This document shows positions 17,110 through 20,000 of a stretch of DNA of 20,000 nt, one piece after another. A model generated the notes under the pieces. It saw only the letters and a program-made list of their open reading frames with translations. It had not been told where the DNA came from and searched no databases. The translations under genes were made by a program, and so were the position numbers. Each line of letters begins with the position of its first letter. Position 1 is the stretch's first letter. This stretch comes from an uncultured virus (IMG/VR IMGVR_UViG_3300010342_000180). Taxonomy: Duplodnaviria > Heunggongvirae > Uroviricota > Caudoviricetes. The stretch is taken from IMG/VR virus record IMGVR_UViG_3300010342_000180; one strand, given 5' to 3'.

Positions 17110-17268
17110 ATGGGTACGAGAAATTTAACTCAATTACCCTATACCGAAGGTTTCTTTTTTGGAAAATCTTACCCTGAAGATAAAATGAATGATATGGAAT
17201 TCATAACTAAAGCTCGCAAAGCTATCAATGAAGGATATGATATTTTTTTTTACACGTCATGGTGGTGA
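17110..17268 (+). CDS. 52-aa ORF, probable deletion-fusion remnant, not in the ORF track
   Basis: MGTRNLTQLPYTEGFFFGKSYPEDKMNDMEFITKARKAINEGYDIFFYTSWW lies between a promoter and a terminator. Confidence 0.75.
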   Translation: MGTRNLTQLPYTEGFFFGKSYPEDKMNDMEFITKARKAINEGYDIFFYTSWW

Positions 17269-17273
17269 AAATT

Positions 17274-17305
17274 GAGGGGGGTAAAAACCCCCCCCATTTT
17301 TTTTA
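17274..17305 (+). terminator. intrinsic terminator
   Basis: GGGGGGT-AAAA-ACCCCCC followed by a T-run. Confidence 0.8.
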
Positions 17306-17317
17306 TAATTCGTAGTT

Positions 17318-17812
17318 ATGTCAAAAAGTAATAATGTAATAAAAAGAGTCTTTGCCGAAGTAGCTGAAACAAGTCGACGGAAAGGAGCATATGAAAAATT
17401 TCTTGGAGTCGACAAAGAATTAGGTATTACTGAATCAGAGTTGTTAACCTTAATGAAAGAAAGATATATCAGTATTATTAAAAGTATTAAATATGATATC
17501 ATGATATTAGCTTCTTTAGAGGAAATAATTATGCAACTAAGAGCCATAGAAATGATAGATTCAGAATTAAGATTATCTTTGAATAAGAATTTCATCTATG
17601 CCCGCGCAACCTTCTATAGAAGTGAGAATAAAATTAATGATATCAGAGTTATCGCCGGGAAAATTGAAGATTATGGAGACAATATAGAATCACTTATCAA
17701 GGATCCTAGGTTTAGGTACATATGCATAGAAAAAATTAAAGAAGCTATGAATAATGAAATTGAAAAAAATATCTTTAATTTAAATTTAATATTTAATGAA
17801 AAATTTATCTAA
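17318..17812 (+). CDS. hypothetical protein (164 aa)
   Basis: ORF overlapping the start of the methyltransferase gene. Confidence 0.8.
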   Translation: MSKSNNVIKRVFAEVAETSRRKGAYEKFLGVDKELGITESELLTLMKERYISIIKSIKYDIMILASLEEIIMQLRAIEMIDSELRLSLNKNFIYARATFYRSENKINDIRVIAGKIEDYGDNIESLIKDPRFRYICIEKIKEAMNNEIEKNIFNLNLIFNEKFI

Positions 17813-18707
17813 TCCAGTTGTGTTTAGCGCATTCGATGGCATATCATGTGGGCGCGTTGCTCTTGAAAGAGCCGGCATAAATGTAAGCCTATATTTTGCA
17901 TCTGAATTAATAGTAATTGATGGCAGAATCAATCCCAGTGTACTTATTACACAATCTAATTATCCTGATACAGTACAACTTGGGGATATTTGCCAAATTG
18001 ATGGTAAACCTTTAAGAGGTAGGGTTGATATATTCTTTGGAGGATCACCATGTCAAAGTTTTTCAAATGCCGGACAACGTAATGGATTTGAAGGCAAATC
18101 AAAACTCTTTTATGAATTTGTAAGATTATTAGAAGAAATAAATCCCACATATTTTCTTCTTGAAAATGTGGTTATGAAAAAACAATGGGAACATATTATT
18201 TCTAATATCCTTGGCGTTGATCCTATTCATATTAATTCTTCACTCGTATCAGGACAAAACCGACCAAGAACGTATTGGACAAATATTCCATATACTCCTA
18301 TCAAAGATCATGAAATATTACTTTCAGACGTAATACAAGGTGCTGTTACTGGCGCTAGCAAACACGGTGCGAGAAATCCAAATTATGGTGTAATACCTGA
18401 CGAAACAAAATGGAAATCCAAAGACTGGAAATTCAATCCAAATAATAAATCACGGTGCCTGGTAAGATCTACGGGACATTATCTGAATATACAAGGTGAA
18501 ATAGTAAAACTTACTCCAGAAAACTGCGAAAAGCTACAAACATTACCTGTAGGGTATACTAAAGTACATGGTATATGTAATACAGATAGAATTAAAGCTC
18601 TTGGAGATGCATGGACGGTAGATGTTCTGGTTAAAGCTTTCTTTAAAAATCTACCATGGGCTTTAAATTATAAAGATAAGCCTATATACTTTTCTGAAAA
18701 AGTGTAA
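17796..18707 (+). CDS. DNA (cytosine-5)-methyltransferase, apparently orphan
   Basis: Motif I FDGISC, IV GGSPCQSFS, VI LLENV, VIII QNRPRTYW, IX LTPENCEKLQTLP, X ALGDAWTV. Confidence 0.93.
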   Translation: MKNLSNPVVFSAFDGISCGRVALERAGINVSLYFASELIVIDGRINPSVLITQSNYPDTVQLGDICQIDGKPLRGRVDIFFGGSPCQSFSNAGQRNGFEGKSKLFYEFVRLLEEINPTYFLLENVVMKKQWEHIISNILGVDPIHINSSLVSGQNRPRTYWTNIPYTPIKDHEILLSDVIQGAVTGASKHGARNPNYGVIPDETKWKSKDWKFNPNNKSRCLVRSTGHYLNIQGEIVKLTPENCEKLQTLPVGYTKVHGICNTDRIKALGDAWTVDVLVKAFFKNLPWALNYKDKPIYFSEKV

Positions 18708-18820
18708 GTAAATTGTCAAATTTAATTAATAATTTTAAATCTGAATGGGAGATTGTCTATGTTATACAAAAAAAAATAGATGATTTTAAACATTTTTAAT
18801 ACTAATAGGTATTTATAAGC

Positions 18821-19057
18821 ATGGAAACTAAAGAACTGGTATATCTTTTTCTTTATAATCCAATGGTTTATACATCGGGATGGACAACTATAAGTGTTCA
18901 TAAAAGTCGTAAAAAGCATTATGTGCCATGGAAAAACATAAACAAATCGTCCAAAAAATATGGTGTGATAACTTTAAATCAGATAAAGAAAAAAAAAGAA
19001 CATCCCTTCGGTAAATTTGAAGATTGGAGAGTAGTTCCAATGATATTAGAATCATAA
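18821..19057 (+). CDS. hypothetical phage protein, probably with two compensating frameshifts
   Basis: ORF is open, but between the A5 at 18911 and the A9 at 18989 the alternative frame (ALCAMEKHKQIVQKIW...) looks more protein-like. Confidence 0.65.
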   Translation: METKELVYLFLYNPMVYTSGWTTISVHKSRKKHYVPWKNINKSSKKYGVITLNQIKKKKEHPFGKFEDWRVVPMILES

Positions 19058-19136
19058 AAATATTTTTATTAAAATGCTTGATTTTATCGTTTAAATTATG
19101 TATTATTTAATATATGATAATTAAAATATTTAATTG

Positions 19137-19361
19137 ATGACAAAAAAAGTACCTAAAGATCCAAACCAGAGAAATATCTCTACATTATACTCTCGCAGAA
19201 GAGCATTAGTACCTACTTATATTCCTATCGCCCACCATGTGTATTACGACGGATCATCTTTCAGGGTAAGAGTCCGCATTAATGGAAAAACAAATTCATG
19301 GAACACATCTGATAAAAAGAAGGCGATAGAATACCGGGACTTTTTGATTTTGTCAAGGTGA
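19137..19361 (+). CDS. small basic protein, putative AP2-like DNA-binding domain
   Basis: HVYYDGSSFRVRVRINGKTNSWNTSDKKKAIEYRD fits a three-strand-plus-helix pattern; followed by a terminator. Confidence 0.65.
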   Translation: MTKKVPKDPNQRNISTLYSRRRALVPTYIPIAHHVYYDGSSFRVRVRINGKTNSWNTSDKKKAIEYRDFLILSR

Positions 19362-19390
19362 GTTGTATTACCTACGTCCCGGCCCTGATG

Positions 19391-19432
19391 AAACCCATCC
19401 AAATTTGATTATTATAGGATGGGTTTCTTTTT
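19391..19432 (+). terminator. intrinsic terminator
   Basis: AAACCCATCC...GGATGGGTTT followed by CTTTTT. Confidence 0.75.
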
Positions 19433-19560
19433 ATTCGTATGACATAATAGAAGGGCGTTTTGCTACTTGACTTTTTAAATTTAAATCTCAACATGATATA
19501 TTTGACATATTACCCCTAGCAAAATTTTCTAAATCCAGTTATTCGTATGACATAATATAA

Positions 19561-19775
19561 ATTTTATTTGCTACTTGACTTTTTAAAATACGTATGACAT
19601 ACTATTTCTTCTTTTAGACATTTTATAACATATTTTATTTGCTACTTGACTTTTTAAAATACGTATGACATACTATTTCTTCTTTTAGACATTTTATAAC
19701 ATATTTTATTTGCTACTTGACTTTTTAAAATACGTATGACATATTATAACATATTTTATTTGCTACTTGACTTTT
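19561..19775. repeat. 71-bp tandem array (plus one 50-bp unit)
   Basis: TTTGCTACTTGA at 19567, 19638, 19709, 19759; units also carry CGTATGACATA. Confidence 0.95.
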
Positions 19776-20000
19776 CCCGAAATTATTAAAAAATAATTAA
19801 CACCCCTGCGGGGTGTTTCTGGAACCCGAAATTATTAAAAAATAATTAACACCCCTGCGGGGTGTTTCTGGAACCCGAAATTATTAAAAAATAATTAACA
19901 CCCCTGCGGGGTGTTTCTGGAACCCGAAATTATTAAAAAATAATTAACACCCCTGCGGGGTGTTTCTGGAACCCGAAATTATTAAAAAATAATTAACACC
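19776..20000. repeat. 49-bp perfect tandem array with internal hairpins (runs off window)
   Basis: CCCGAAATTATTAAAAAATAATTAACACCCCTGCGGGGTGTTTCTGGAA at 19776, 19825, 19874, 19923, 19972. Confidence 0.97.

Noticed and set aside
1451..18919. Short antisense or overlapping ORFs (1451, 3055, 4417, 6317, 8712, 11813, 17257, 17956, 18722)
   Set aside because: They overlap better-supported genes on the other strand, with no promoter or family signature.
4600..19440. Classical integron with attC sites
   Set aside because: No integrase in the window, no consistent RYYYAAC/GTTRRRY-bounded sites, and cassettes carry their own promoters and terminators.
5445..19775. Helical phasing of motif copies
   Set aside because: Periods of 44, 55-56, 59, 64, 71, 76, 78 and 82 bp do not consistently fit multiples of ~10.5 bp.
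19776..20000. CRISPR array with palindromic repeat
   Set aside because: Units are head-to-tail and identical, with no spacers inside this window.
1..20000. Stop-codon reassignment (code 15 or 4) as in some large Bacteroidota phages
   Set aside because: Recognisable genes are intact in code 11, and TAG/TGA stops are followed by terminators or coupled starts.
1..20000. tRNA or rRNA genes
   Set aside because: No cloverleaf or rRNA-like sequence recognised by eye.

Overview
AT-rich DNA that reads as part of a large Bacteroidota-infecting phage or phage-like element. Bacteroidota-type promoters (TTTG-N19/20-TAnnTTT[G/A]) precede most transcription units. Bases 1-3330 are densely coding: hypothetical proteins, a helical-repeat protein and a stand-alone chorismate mutase. 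A boundary at 3345-3910 carries a 98-bp tandem repeat and a G-run tract. From there to the end the window is a regular series of small cassettes, each built as intrinsic terminator, then repeat array, then promoter, then 1-3 short genes (DUF932, DUF4314, DUF1737, DUF6927-like, a C5 DNA methyltransferase, an AP2-like protein, hypotheticals). The repeat arrays differ in sequence and period (44, 55-56, 59, 71, 76, 78, 82 bp). Nearly all carry one 12-bp motif, TTTGCTACTTGA (about 30 exact copies by manual count, all intergenic), usually with reverse copies first and forward copies toward the promoter. A complete IS3-family element with a TTAT target duplication lies at 15019-16567. Family assignments come from recalled motifs, not from database searches.
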